DNA from: an uncultured delta proteobacterium
GTDB lineage: Bacteria; Desulfobacterota; WTBG01; CAIYCZ01
Reading direction: 5' to 3'
Assembly: GCA_963803975.1 (NCBI GenBank)
Contig: CAWDOY010000019.1
Span: 1 to 64,000, forward strand
Length of the DNA stretch: 64,000 nt
Numbering within the stretch: the first letter of the stretch is position 1; each line of letters starts with the position of its first letter. The position numbers were made by a program, and so were the translations under genes. This document shows, one piece after another, positions 42,303 to 53,996 of the stretch. Under the pieces are notes generated by a model. The model made no database searches, was not told the DNA's origin, and was given only the letters and a program-made list of their open reading frames with translations.

Positions 42303-45300
42303 TGAAGCCGTTTGAGATTATAAACACTCCTCTGCAGGGCTACAATATTATCGAGGCGAGTGCCGGCACCGGTAAAACGCATGCTATTGCTGACCTGTTC
42401 CTGCGGCTTATCCTTGAAAAAGAGCTGCCCATTAATGAAATCCTGGTGGTCACGTTTACCGAAGCGGCAACCGAGGAGCTTCGCGACCGTATTCGAAAGC
42501 GGCTGAAGGCAGCATTTGACGTGCTGGCCAATGGCAGCGCGTATCGCGCAGGTGATGCTCTGCTGGAGAGATTCGCTGCACGATATCGAGGCAACGCATG
42601 GGTGATAAAGCGGCTGCATAACGCTCTTATTGAGTTTGACGTGGCAGCAATTTGCACGATACACAGTTTTTGCCAGCGGATGCTGCGCGACCATGCCTTT
42701 GAAAGCAATGCGCTGTTTGATACAGAACTTATTGCCGACCAGACAGAATTTCTCCAGGAAATCGTGGATGACTTCTGGCGCAGAAATTTTTATACGGCTG
42801 CGCAGCCGTTTATCCAGTACACCATCTATAAGAAGTACCATCCCGACAAGTTCATGAAGCTTATCAGACGGCGGTCAATTGACCCTGAGCTTGCTGTTAT
42901 TCCTGCAGTTGCCAGGCCGGATATTGAAGGGGAGCAGGATGCGCTGCAGGCAGCGTTTGACCAGCTGAGGTTAAGCTGGCAATCAGCCCGGCCAGAGGTA
43001 GAGAACATTCTGCGGGAGAGCACAGCTCTGAACAGAACCAGATACAAAATGGATTCCATGGAGGCGCTTGTCTATGAAATGGATGAGTATCTGGATGCGG
43101 GGATAATTTTCCCTTTATGTAAAAAATTTGAAAAATACACTGCCTCATATATTGCTGCAGCAGTCAGAAAAGGCGGGTCACCGCCGCAGCATCCTTTTTT
43201 TGATTGTTGTGAAACATTTAAAAATCACTACACCGAAGCTGCAGCAGCCTTTGATCAGTATCTGCTCTTCTTGAAAAGAACGCTGTTTGACTATGTGCAT
43301 AACGAGCTTAAAAAGAAGAAGCGTGAGCACAACATCCGCTCGTTTGATGATCTGCTGGCAGACATGCACCGCGCGCTCAAACAGGGGGAGGGTTCTTTAG
43401 CCAGGGCCATCAGGAATAAATACCGGGCCGCGCTTATTGATGAATTCCAGGATACCGACCCCGTGCAATACGATATTTTTAACTCCATCTTCGGCTCCGG
43501 GGATCATATTCTGTTTATGATCGGTGACCCCAAACAGGCAATCTACAGCTTCCGCGGCGCAGATGTTTTTGCCTACATGAAAGCTGCGTCAAAGGTACAA
43601 GACGACTATACACTCACCACGAACTGGCGATCAGGCGCCGGCCTTATCAAAGCAATAAACACCCTGTTTTCGCGGCCTCAGAGGCTGCGTTTGTTTTTAA
43701 GTGGATAGAGTTCAATGAAATTAAACCTGCTGACAGCAACAAACAGGAACTATTCATGTTGTCCGGAGCAGCCGAGCCTCCTCTGCATATCTGGTTTATT
43801 GACCGGCAGTATGCTGACAAAGAAGACGGCACTATCAATAAAGGTTCTGCGGAACAGCTCATTGCACGAACCGTGGCTGCAGAAATATTGAGACTGGCGG
43901 TGCTCGGGCAACAGGGAACAGCACGGATTGATAACCGTGCGCTCTGCCCGGGTGACATTGCCGTGCTGGTGCGTAAAAACCGACAGGCCCGGATGGTGCA
44001 GGAAGAGCTTCAGCTTCTTTCTATCCCCAGTGTTCTCTACGGCGCGGAGAGCATTTTTGTTTCACCGTGAGGCAGAAGAGGTTGAGCGTGTTATTGCAGC
44101 AATAGCAGAGCCTGGTAGTGAGACAAAAATCAAGGCTGCGCTGGCTACTGATATGTTCGGACTTTCAGGAAACGATCTCCATGCACTTATTGGGAACGAC
44201 ACGGAATGGGAAATGCGTCTTGTCCAGTTTCATCAGTACCACGATCAATGGGCGCAGCACGGTTTTATCAGGATGTTCCGTCAGCTCATTAAAGAAGAAG
44301 GTGTGCGCAGGCGACTGCTATCATACCGGGATGGAGAGCGGCGCATGACCAATCTGCTGCACTGCGCAGAAGTTTTACACCGTGCAGAGAACTGAAAAAA
44401 ATCTTGGTATGGAAGGCCTTATTACATGGTTTGCTGAAAAGCGCCATGATGACAATACCTCTGAAGAAGATCAGATCCGTCTTGAGACTGATGAGAACGC
44501 AGTAAAACTTATTACCATCCACCGGAGCAAGGGGCTTGAATATCCCGTTGTGTTTTGTCCCTTTGCCTGGGACAGCTCAAAGATTAAAGACGATCAATTT
44601 TCATTTCATGACCCGGCACATGATGACCGTCTGACTCTTGACCTTGGTTCCGGTGTCGAAGAGAACAGAATACATGGCCGCTACAGAGCAACTGGCAGAA
44701 AACGTGAGACTCCTGTATGTGGCATTGACCCGCGCAAAATACCGCTGCTATCTTGTCTGGGGAAAGATTAACGGGGCTGAGACCGCAGCTCCGGCATACC
44801 TTTTTCATCAGCCCGAGACTTTTTCCTCACGCAACATACTTGATGAACTGGGACAACGAGTAAAAGGTTTAAGCTACGAGGAGATGCTGAGCGAAGCAGG
44901 AGCTTTGCAAAAGGCCACAGACAGTATCAGGGTGAGCCAGCTGCCCGTTCTCCCCGGGAAACCATACGCGTCCCCGGATGTATCACCTGATGTGCTCGAG
45001 TGTCGGCGCTTTACTGCCGGAACCATCGAGCAGGACTGGAAGCTTGCCAGCTACTCATCACTGATATCTGCAAAGAGTTATCGTGCAGATCAGCCTGATT
45101 ATGACCGGGTATATGACCTAACCGTCATGCAGCAGCCAGCTCCCGCTGGTACGGATATTTTCAGCTTTCCCCGGGGAGCACAAGCCGGGAGCTGTATACA
45201 TGAAATATTTGAACAGGTTGATTTCAGCCTTGCAGACGCTGCGCAGGCCCGGCAGATCATAGGAGATACGCTTGGGCGTTATGGTTTTGAAATGCGCTGG

Positions 45301-45924
45301 CAGGACACCCTGTGGCAGATGGTGCAACAGGTGCTCTTCATGCCGCTTGAGCATGCCCAGCCTGATTTCATGCTCAAAAACATCAGCAGGCAGGAGCGCC
45401 TCCACGAGCTTGAATTTTATTTCCCTCTTGAGCGCATCACAGCTGCGGGCCTGGCGGATATTTTTATTGGCGCGGGCATGCCGCACCTATCACCTGATTT
45501 TGACCAGCGCATGAAAGAACTCGGATTCAGTCCGGTTCAGGGTTTTATAAGAGGTTTTATTGATATGGTTTTCCAATACGGTGATAAATTTTATCTTATT
45601 GACTGGAAATCAAATTACCTGGGAGACAGCCCTGCGGATTATTCACGCGCTACATTGCAAAAAGCCATGATAGAGCATTACTATATACTTCAATACCACC
45701 TCTATACTGTTGCTCTGCATCGCTACCTTGCAATGAGGAGTGCGGATTATGACTATGACAAGCATTTTGGCGGGGTCTATTATTATTTTATACGCGGGAT
45801 TAACCCGGAATATGGCCCGGAGTATGGAATCTATCGGGATAAGCCGTCAAAAAACATGGTAACTGCATTGAGTGATTATCTTGGCCGGCAGACGGGAGAT
45901 TTAGCAGTATGGACGACAGCATGA
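42299..45924 (+). CDS. recB: exodeoxyribonuclease V beta subunit, several frameshifts
   Basis: IEASAGTGKT, VVTFTEAATEELR, TIHSFC, LIDEFQDTD, IGDPKQAIYSFRGAD, TIHRSKGLEY, LLYVALTRA; nuclease GFIDMVF..IDWKSN. Confidence 0.92.
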
Positions 45925-47770
45925 ATGCAGTGATCAACGATGAGCAGTTCTCTGCAATTGATCGGCATTTTGCACGATTTATGATGAAACTTTCCGACAG
46001 CAGCGATGACGGGCTTATGCTTGCGGCTCTTCTGGTCAGCTGCCGTACGAGCCGTGGAGATATATGCCTTGATATCCCGGCAGCAGCAGGTAAAACCATT
46101 GCCAAAGCGTTTGGCGAAACAGAAAATCAATTTCAGCTTCCTGCAGAGCATACCTGGATTGCACAACTTCGCACGAGTCAGGTAGTTGGCACTCCGGGAG
46201 AGTTCAAGCCGCTCATTCTTGATGAAAAGGGGCGGCTCTACCTCTACCGCTACTGGGAATACGAGCAGAGCCTGGCAGAAAGCATTAAAACGCGGCTTGC
46301 TCTGAATATCGCACAACCTCCCGCGAAACTTCTGCGGCAGCAGCTTGACCGGCTGTTTCCACGCAGTGCAGATGCCGGGACTGACTGGCAGCGGGTTGCT
46401 GCATGTGTTGCGGTGCAGAAAAAAATATGCGTTCTATCAGGAGGACCGGGCACCGGAAAGACCTATGCAGCAGCCCGAATTTTAGCGCTTCTTCTTGAGC
46501 AGGAACAGGGTGCAGGAAGAGCACCTGCAGTGGCGCTGGCAGCACCAACCGGTAAAGCGGCTGCCCGGCTCAAGGAAATCATGCAACAAGCAAAAAAAAC
46601 ACTGGACTGCAGCGACGCGGTAAAGGCGGCACTGCCTGAGGAAGCGTTCACCATGCACCGGCTGCTCGGCCCTGTGCCGGGCACCCCGTATTTCAGATAT
46701 ACTGCAGAGAATCAGCTTCCCTATGACATTGTTGTCGTGGATGAATCATCAATGGCAGATCTTGCGCTCATGGCAAAGCTGTTCCAGGCAGTCCCCGGGC
46801 ATGCTCATCTGATTCTGCTTGGTGACCGCGACCAGCTTGCATCGGTCGCGGCAGGAGCAGTGCTCGGTGATATATGCGACACGGGAAATGAGCATGGCTA
46901 CTCGCGCGGTTTTGCCCGCGTCATTCTGGAATGCGGGGGAGAAGGAGTGCCGTCTTCAACATCTGAGCATCCTATGGCAGATTCCCTGATCGTGCTGCAC
47001 AAAAACTACCGGTTTGGAGCAGACAGCGGCATCGGTTCATTAAGCCAGGCAATCGAGGATGCAGAGCGTGCCTACGAACCGGCAATGCAGAGCGTGCACT
47101 TCATCTTCTCAAAAACGGCGGCAATGAAGATATCGTCTTTAAGGATTCAATTTCTGCAGGGGCGCTTGAGACCGCATTGGAAGAACCGGCAGTGCGGGGA
47201 TATACCCCGTATTTAAATGCCCAAAACCCTGATGAGGCCTTAAAACTCATAACAGGATTCAAGGTTCTCTGTGCGTTGCGGCAGGGGCCCTATGGCGTTG
47301 AATCCATAAACCGTATAGTCGAGACCATACTGAAAAAAAAAGGATTTATAAATCCGTCAGGCAGATGGTATCAGTTCCGGCCGGTCATGGTCACACGCAA
47401 TGATTACACCATGAACCTTTTTAATGGTGATGTGGGTATCGCATGGCAGGAGGCGGAAAGCAATTACGGACACCGGGTCTTTTTCCCTGCACGCGATGGG
47501 GGGCTGCGCAGTGTCCTGCCGGTAAAGCTTCCCGAGCATGAAACGGTTTATGCAATGACAGTGCATAAAAGTCAGGGGTCAGAGTTCGACCGGGTGCTTA
47601 TCATTCTTCCTGATCGGGAAAGCCCGGTGCTCACCAGGGAACTGCTCTATACCGCGATCTCGCGGGCGCGCAAGAAGGCCGAAATCTGGGGGCCAGAAAA
47701 GATCCTGCGCTTTATGATTAATAATCCTACCAGCAGGACATCGGGGTTGCGCGATGCCCTGTGGAGTTAA
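45909..47770 (+). CDS. recD: exodeoxyribonuclease V alpha subunit, frameshift near 47060-47180
   Basis: LYLYRYWEYE, GGPGTGKT, APTGKAAARL, VVDESSM, GDRDQLASV, AMTVHKSQGSEF, ELLYTAISRA. Confidence 0.92.
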
Positions 47771-47837
47771 AAGGATTTTAGCCACAGAACTGCACAGATT
47801 TTCACAGAAAGAGATTTTTACCTTCAGTGTTATTCGG

Positions 47838-47909
47838 TCGTTCGGCCACGAGCTCCCTTCGGGTCTGAGCCTCAGGGTCGAAGACAAGGCCGAGTTGCTC
47901 ACGGCCGAG
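47838..47909. repeat. dispersed palindromic repeat, copy 2, nested in a 9-mer inverted repeat
   Basis: Matches 6461-6522; flanked by GCCACAGAA (47781) and TTCTGTGGC (47917). Confidence 0.7.
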
Positions 47910-48064
47910 GGGTGTTTTCTGTGGCCATAAATAAAAAGTATTTGGTTCCGGCTTGTCCGGATTAGGCAATTAGTTAATTGAAAAGCTGTGATTAAGTTGT
48001 TATGATATACAACGATGGTAATGCATTGATTAGGAAAACAGGAATTTATTAAAGGAGCGGACGC

Positions 48065-48358
48065 ATGATATCTTCGGAAAAATACGTTGTCAGAAATAAG
48101 GATATGATCTGGCGGATGGTTGGGAATGAAGCATTTATAATAGATAAGGATGGAACAAAAATCCATCAGCTCAACAGAGTGGGAAGTGAAATATGGAAAA
48201 TATCCGAAGGCAATCTGACCGTCAGCCAGATTGTTGAGAATATTTGTGCTTATTTTGAAATAACCGCAGAAGAAGCTGAAAAAGATTCTGCCCAGTTTAT
48301 AGAGCAGATGCTGGCACAGGGGCTTGTTGCATTAACCGATACCCCTGTTACAGACTAA
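48065..48358 (+). CDS. PqqD-family / RiPP recognition element protein
   Basis: AAGGAG RBS; WRMVGNEAFII...IHQLNRVGSEIWKISEGNLTVSQIVENIC..FEI..EEAEKD...FIEQM. Confidence 0.88.
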   Translation: MISSEKYVVRNKDMIWRMVGNEAFIIDKDGTKIHQLNRVGSEIWKISEGNLTVSQIVENICAYFEITAEEAEKDSAQFIEQMLAQGLVALTDTPVTD

Positions 48359-48556
48359 ATGCTATGAGCAAACATCAGTAATTAAAAATGTTCTCCATCT
48401 CAGCAAAATAAAGCACAGGCGGCAAAACTCTTAAAGATTGGCAGACATCCCTGTACCGCAAGATGAAGCAGTTAGGGCTTGAGTAGCATTCTGTACCTGC
48501 GGTATTATACAATGTACAATGCTTGATCAAGCATACTCGCGAGAGGATATTGAATT

Positions 48557-49807
48557 ATGGATCGAATCACCATCAGGGGAGGCAATCCGCTGCAGGGAGA
48601 GGTATTGGTAAGCGGAGCTAAAAATGCAGCACTGCCGCTCCTGGCTGCTACGCTTCTTGCAAGCGGCAAACATGTGGTGAGCAATGTTCCCCGTCTTCGC
48701 GATATTACTACCATGACGAGGCTCCTGGAACATCTGGGCTGTGAGATTACTGTCGGAGAAGATATCCGCATTAATACGAATAACATGCAATCGAAAGAAG
48801 CTCCCTATGAGCTGGTTAAAACCATGCGGGCATCCTTTCTGGTAATTGGTCCGCTGCTGGCCCGATTCCATAAGGCCCGGGTTTCCCTCCCCGGCGGCTG
48901 TGCCATAGGCGTGCGACCGGTCGATATTCATTTAAAAGCACTTGAAAGCATGGGGGTTACTATTAAACTTGACCGGGGTTACGTGAAGGCATCCTGTAAA
49001 AAATTGAAAGGGACCAAGCTCTCTTTTGACATCCCCACGGTCGGGGGTACTGAAAATATTATGATGGCAGCAGCCCTTGCAGAGGGTACGACAACCATTG
49101 GCAATGCAGCGCGCGAGCCTGAAGTGGTAGAGCTTGCGCAGGCGCTTAAAAAGATGGGTGCGCATATATCAGGGGAAGGAACCGATTCCATTGTCATTGA
49201 AGGGGTGAAGGAGCTGAAACCGTTGCGTCACGCGCTTATGCCTGATCGTATTGAGGCGGGGACCTTTATGGTTGCAGCAGGCATTACCGGCGGGGATATT
49301 ACGATAAAAAACTGTCCGCTGCAGTTGATGGGCTCGGTGAGTGAAAAACTGCGGGAGGCAGGTCTTACCATTGAAGAACGTAAACGCGAGGCACGGATCT
49401 CGTGCAATGGATCTTTGCGTCCCGTGGAAGTAAAGACGCTTCCCTACCCGGGATTTCCGACCGATATGCAGGCCCAGATAATGGCCTTGTGCGCTCTGAC
49501 CCCCGGCACCTCTGTTATCCGGGAAACCATCTTTGAAAACCGGTTTACCCACGTGGCAGAACTTGAGCGGATGGGGGCAGATATCAGGGTCGAGCAGGAC
49601 AGCGCGATAATTACCGGCGTAGACAGGCTCAGGGGGGCCCCGGTTATGGCAACGGACCTGCGGGCAAGTGCATCGCTCATTTTGGCCGGGCTAGCGGCAG
49701 AGGGCACCACGACCGTGTCCCGCGTCTATCATTTGGACCGCGGCTATGAAAACCTCGAGCTGAAGCTGAAAAAGCTGGGGGCTGATATCTGCCGGGAACA
49801 AGAATAA
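48557..49807 (+). CDS. murA: UDP-N-acetylglucosamine 1-carboxyvinyltransferase
   Basis: SGAKNAALP, MRASFLVIGPL, PGGCAIGVRP, PGFPTDMQ, IFENRF, DLRASA, HLDRGY. Confidence 0.97.
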   Translation: MDRITIRGGNPLQGEVLVSGAKNAALPLLAATLLASGKHVVSNVPRLRDITTMTRLLEHLGCEITVGEDIRINTNNMQSKEAPYELVKTMRASFLVIGPLLARFHKARVSLPGGCAIGVRPVDIHLKALESMGVTIKLDRGYVKASCKKLKGTKLSFDIPTVGGTENIMMAAALAEGTTTIGNAAREPEVVELAQALKKMGAHISGEGTDSIVIEGVKELKPLRHALMPDRIEAGTFMVAAGITGGDITIKNCPLQLMGSVSEKLREAGLTIEERKREARISCNGSLRPVEVKTLPYPGFPTDMQAQIMALCALTPGTSVIRETIFENRFTHVAELERMGADIRVEQDSAIITGVDRLRGAPVMATDLRASASLILAGLAAEGTTTVSRVYHLDRGYENLELKLKKLGADICREQE

Positions 49808-49826
49808 CTTGGTGGAGAGCATAACC

Positions 49827-51116
49827 ATGCGCATCTTAAAAACAGGTGACAGAAATTTCCCCCGGCTATTTAAGGGAATTGTGACACGGGGAGCCACTGC
49901 GGCAGAAGAGGTTGAGGCAACGGTGCGGTCAATTCTGCAGGACGTGAAGACCGGAGGTGATGCGGCACTGATCAGACTTTCTGAAAAATATGATAACAAT
50001 AAAATCACTGTTAAGAATCTGCGCATAGCTGAACGGGATATTAAAAAAAGCCCGCAGAAAATCCCGGCTGCTGACCTCTCATCCCTGACCAGGGCCTGCG
50101 GACGGATAGAAGCATTTCATTGCCGCCAGCTCCAGCAATCATGGATAAGTGCAGATACCCCCGGGGAGATAGTCGGCCAGCTGGTGCGGCCTCTGGAGCG
50201 GGTGGGTATCTATGTTCCGGGAGGTAAGGCGGTGTATCCTTCCTCGGTACTGATGAATGCCATCCCAGCCAGGGTGGCAGGAGTGGCAGAAATTATCATG
50301 GTAACACCGGGGTCCGGAAAAGGCATTAACCCGGTTCTGCTGGCAGCTGCAGACCTGTGCGGCATACGCAGCGTGTTCCAGATAGGTGGAGCACAGGCAA
50401 TCGCGGCCCTTGCCTACGGTACCGCGTCAGTGCCGAAAGTGGATAAAATTGTCGGGCCGGGGAATATTTACGTAGCGACTGCAAAAAAACTTGTCTATGG
50501 AGACGTTGACATTGATATGATCGCCGGCCCCAGCGAAATACTTATCATATCCGATGGCAGCGGCTCCCCGGCATGTGCTGCCGCAGACATGCTTTCCCAG
50601 GCAGAGCATGATGAAATGGCATGCTCCATCCTGGTAACTACTGACGAGGTATTTGCCCGCCGGGTGGCAAACGAACTTGCCGCGCAGATAAAGAAGCTGA
50701 AACGAACGGCAATTGCCGCGCGCTCGCTGGAAAACCATGGAGCAATTATTATAACCAGAACATTAGCGGAAGCAGTGCAGCTTGCAAATGACGCAGCACC
50801 TGAACACCTGGAGCTGGCCGTAGCTAATCCGTGGGATCTTTTGCCGCAGATAAAAAATGCCGGCGCTGTATTTCTTGGTCATTACAGTCCGGAGGCGCTT
50901 GGTGATTACCTGGCAGGGCCAAATCACGTGCTGCCCACGGGCGGAACAGCCCGCTTTTTTTCACCGCTCTCTGTGGATGATTTTTTGAAAAAGACCAGCC
51001 TTATCTCTTTTACCCGGGAAGCGCTGCAGGCAGTAGGGCAGGATGTTATACGGATTGCCGATGCCGAGCATCTTGACGCTCATGCCAGCTCGGTAAAAGT
51101 GCGGCTGAAAAAATAG
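49827..51116 (+). CDS. hisD: histidinol dehydrogenase
   Basis: GIYVPGGKAVYPSSVLM, KIVGPGNIYV, IDMIAGPSE, SQAEHD, APEHLEL, GDYLAGPNHVLPT. Confidence 0.97.
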   Translation: MRILKTGDRNFPRLFKGIVTRGATAAEEVEATVRSILQDVKTGGDAALIRLSEKYDNNKITVKNLRIAERDIKKSPQKIPAADLSSLTRACGRIEAFHCRQLQQSWISADTPGEIVGQLVRPLERVGIYVPGGKAVYPSSVLMNAIPARVAGVAEIIMVTPGSGKGINPVLLAAADLCGIRSVFQIGGAQAIAALAYGTASVPKVDKIVGPGNIYVATAKKLVYGDVDIDMIAGPSEILIISDGSGSPACAAADMLSQAEHDEMACSILVTTDEVFARRVANELAAQIKKLKRTAIAARSLENHGAIIITRTLAEAVQLANDAAPEHLELAVANPWDLLPQIKNAGAVFLGHYSPEALGDYLAGPNHVLPTGGTARFFSPLSVDDFLKKTSLISFTREALQAVGQDVIRIADAEHLDAHASSVKVRLKK

Positions 51117-51198
51117 CCGGCAGCTATGGGCCGTCAGCCTTCAGCAGCGAGCTTACCAGGGGATTCGCACATACCATAAATAATTCAAAGTATAGAGC

Positions 51199-52650
51199 TT
51201 GGATTTTCAAACCTTAAAAACATTTCCAGTACTGCAGCGGGCCTATCAAATATCTCAGGAACTCGGCACTTCCATCTACCTGGTGGGAGGCGCTGTGAGA
51301 GATATATTGATGGGCTTTTTTGATGGAAAAGATTTTGATTTTGTCCTTGGTGATCAATGGCAGGAGGCTGCCCGCCTGTTTGCGCAGAAAGCACGGGGAA
51401 CAGTCATTCCCTGGGATTTTAATCAGACACGGATAGTTGTCAGAGAAACCGGCAAAACGGTTACCGTTGATTTTGCGGGCTTCCGGGGGGAGGATATTAC
51501 CAGCGACCTGCGAGCGCGTGATTTTACCATTAATTCAATAGCACTCTGCGTGGAAAGCCTCTTCACGGAAGAGAACCCTGAGCTTTATGACCCGTTAGGA
51601 GGGCTCATCCATTTACAGCAAAAAGTAGTGCAGGCAGATGGAGATGCTACCTTTGACCAGGATCCCCTGCGGATACTCAGGGCAATCAGATTTTCCCGGG
51701 CATTTAACTTCTGCATAGAGGATGCGACTAAATGTTCGATGCAGAAAAAAGCGCGGCTTCTGAAAGAGGTTGCGCAGGAGCGGGTGAAACGAGAGCTGTT
51801 TGCCATTTTTCATCTCCCCAATGCTGACCGGGCCATTCGAGAGCTGATTGAACTTGAAATCATGCAGTCCCTCATTCCGGAATTAGGACAGTTCCCGGCA
51901 ATTCAGCAGGGCCCGCCGCATCAGTATGATCTCCTGCAGCACTCATTGAAGACGGTGGAGTGTCTTGTATCCATGATAGAGCATCCGGAGAGAACAGGTA
52001 AGAAGTATGCAGCTGCCATATTGGAGCATCTCCATGAGTATATCGAAGACGGCGTTATATCGCGGCGGGCGCTGCTCATATGTGCCGGGCTTCTCCACGA
52101 CAGCGGGAAAGTATCCACACAGACCATTGAGGGTGAAAGGATCAGGTTTTTACGCCATGAGCAGGAAGGCCTGAACATCAACCAGCACATTGCCCGGCGT
52201 CTGCTGTTAGGCAAACGGGCGCAGAGAATCATTGCAATCATAACAGGAAATCATATGCGCATTCATCAGCTGGCAGCGCTGCAAGATATCAGTGAGCGGG
52301 CAGTACGGCGCTTCCTGCACGATACGCAAGAAGCACCGCTTGAGGTGCTCCTGCTGGCGCTGGCAGATGTGCAAGCGACAAGCAGCGGGGAACTGTACCA
52401 GGATGAAAAAGACCGGGTCGAGCAGCTGGTGGGAAAAATAATGGAGACATTATTCTCATCTTCCGCAGGCAGACCATATATGCCGCTGATAACCGGGCAT
52501 GATATAATGGAAATTATGAATTTTGCCCCCGGGGAGGCGGTGGGGACGATATTGCGCGAGATACACGACGGCGAAAGAACCGGGATGTTTAATAGTCGCG
52601 AAGAGGTACTCGAGTGGCTGAAGAAAAAGAAACAATCAGCATTAAGCTGA
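51199..52650 (+). CDS. CCA-adding/poly(A) polymerase-family nucleotidyltransferase with HD domain
   Basis: YLVGGAVRD, DFDF, DLRARDFTINS, DPLRILRAIRF, ERVKREL, LLHDSGK. Confidence 0.9.
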   Translation: MDFQTLKTFPVLQRAYQISQELGTSIYLVGGAVRDILMGFFDGKDFDFVLGDQWQEAARLFAQKARGTVIPWDFNQTRIVVRETGKTVTVDFAGFRGEDITSDLRARDFTINSIALCVESLFTEENPELYDPLGGLIHLQQKVVQADGDATFDQDPLRILRAIRFSRAFNFCIEDATKCSMQKKARLLKEVAQERVKRELFAIFHLPNADRAIRELIELEIMQSLIPELGQFPAIQQGPPHQYDLLQHSLKTVECLVSMIEHPERTGKKYAAAILEHLHEYIEDGVISRRALLICAGLLHDSGKVSTQTIEGERIRFLRHEQEGLNINQHIARRLLLGKRAQRIIAIITGNHMRIHQLAALQDISERAVRRFLHDTQEAPLEVLLLALADVQATSSGELYQDEKDRVEQLVGKIMETLFSSSAGRPYMPLITGHDIMEIMNFAPGEAVGTILREIHDGERTGMFNSREEVLEWLKKKKQSALS

Positions 52651-53996
52651 CAAATATCAGGCATCCATTCGATGCAGCTCCTGACCTCATGGTGCTGGTT
52701 AAAAATGTTCTGGGAGCGGAAGATGTTGACATTGTACACATCCGGATTCTCCGGCGCTCTATAGACTCCCGCCAGGAGCGGATTGATCTGGTTTACACGC
52801 TTCTCATAGAGCTTGCAGCACCCGGGAATGCCCTCAAAAAAATCCTCGCTCGAAGCGACGTCGAAACCTGCACAGAACCACAGGAAACAGCCCCTGTTGC
52901 AATAACCGGGCTTACATCCAGGCCGGTCATTATCGGCTGCGGCCCGGCAGGACTCTTTGCCGCACTGACCCTGATAGAACGGGGTGTGCAGCCGATACTT
53001 ATCGAGCGGGGCGCGCGCATGGCACAGCGGGTCAGAGACGTTGATGCATTCTGGAAGAGCGGAACTCTTGATGCAGAATCAAATGTATTTTTTGGCGAGG
53101 GAGGGGCGGGCACCTTCTCCGACGGGAAGCTCACCACGCGGATAAAGAGCCCGTTAAAAGACAAGGTGCTCAGGGAACTGGTCAGGTTTGGCGCCCCCGA
53201 AGAAATTCTCTATAGCAATAAGCCCCATCTTGGCACTGACCGGATCCGCCGGGTTATCAGCCTGGTTGTTGAACACCTTCAGCAGTGCGGCGCAGAATTT
53301 TATTTTAATACCAGAGTGCTTGACCTACCGGTACAAGACGGACGCATCAGCGGTGTGCAGGCGGGGGAGCAGTTTATAGCCGCGGAAACAGTTTTTCTGG
53401 CCACCGGTCACAGTGCCCGGGACATATATTATTTGCTTGAACAGCGCGAAGCTCAGCTTGAGGCCAAGGGTTTTGCCATGGGCTTGCGGATTGAGCACCC
53501 GCAGGAATTTATTAACCAACAGCAGTGGGGGAAATGGTCAGGCACTGCCGGGCTGGGAGCTGCAGACTATTTTTTAAGTTTTAAAGACAGCAGGACCGGA
53601 AGAGGGGTGTATACCTTCTGCATGTGCCCGGGAGGCTTTGTCATTGCCTGCTCATCCCAGCAGGGAGAGCTGGTGACCAATGGCATGAGCGCTTACCAGA
53701 GGGACTCTTCCTGGGCAAATGCTGCCGTGGTGGTGACGGTCGGACCGGATGATTTCAGCTCGCAGCAGCCTCTTGCAGGTATCGCGCTGCAGCGGCAGCT
53801 GGAGGAGAAAGCATTTATATCCGGCAATGGAAATTTCGTGATACCAGCTCAAGCAGCGCGCGATTTTGTCGAGGGCGCTAAAGGAGCGCAGGTTATTCCT
53901 GCCAGCTCATGTCTGCCCGGTGCTGCACCTGCTGATCTTGGAAAACTGCTGCCGGATTTTCTGCATGCGCCGCTGAAGCGGGCGCTCATTCATTTT
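52614..53996 (+). CDS. FAD/NAD(P)-dependent oxidoreductase, C-terminally truncated at the junction
   Basis: IIGCGPAG, GEGGAGTFSDGKL, PHLGTD, ATGHSARD, FCMCPGG, NGMS; the usual terminal ETRTSSPVRI/GEGAGYAGGI region is missing. Confidence 0.85.

Noticed and set aside
41864..43708. Apparent RecC-RecB in-frame fusion in the ORF track
   Set aside because: A single indel would end RecC at the TGA in GCATGATG, overlapping the RecB ATG in the usual way. The same ORF contains a scrambled stretch from compensating frameshifts, so an artefact is more likely.
47579..48166. 195-aa minus-strand ORF containing LSSTLRLRPEGS
   Set aside because: It is a chance translation through the intergenic repeat stack and overlaps recD and the PqqD gene in antisense.
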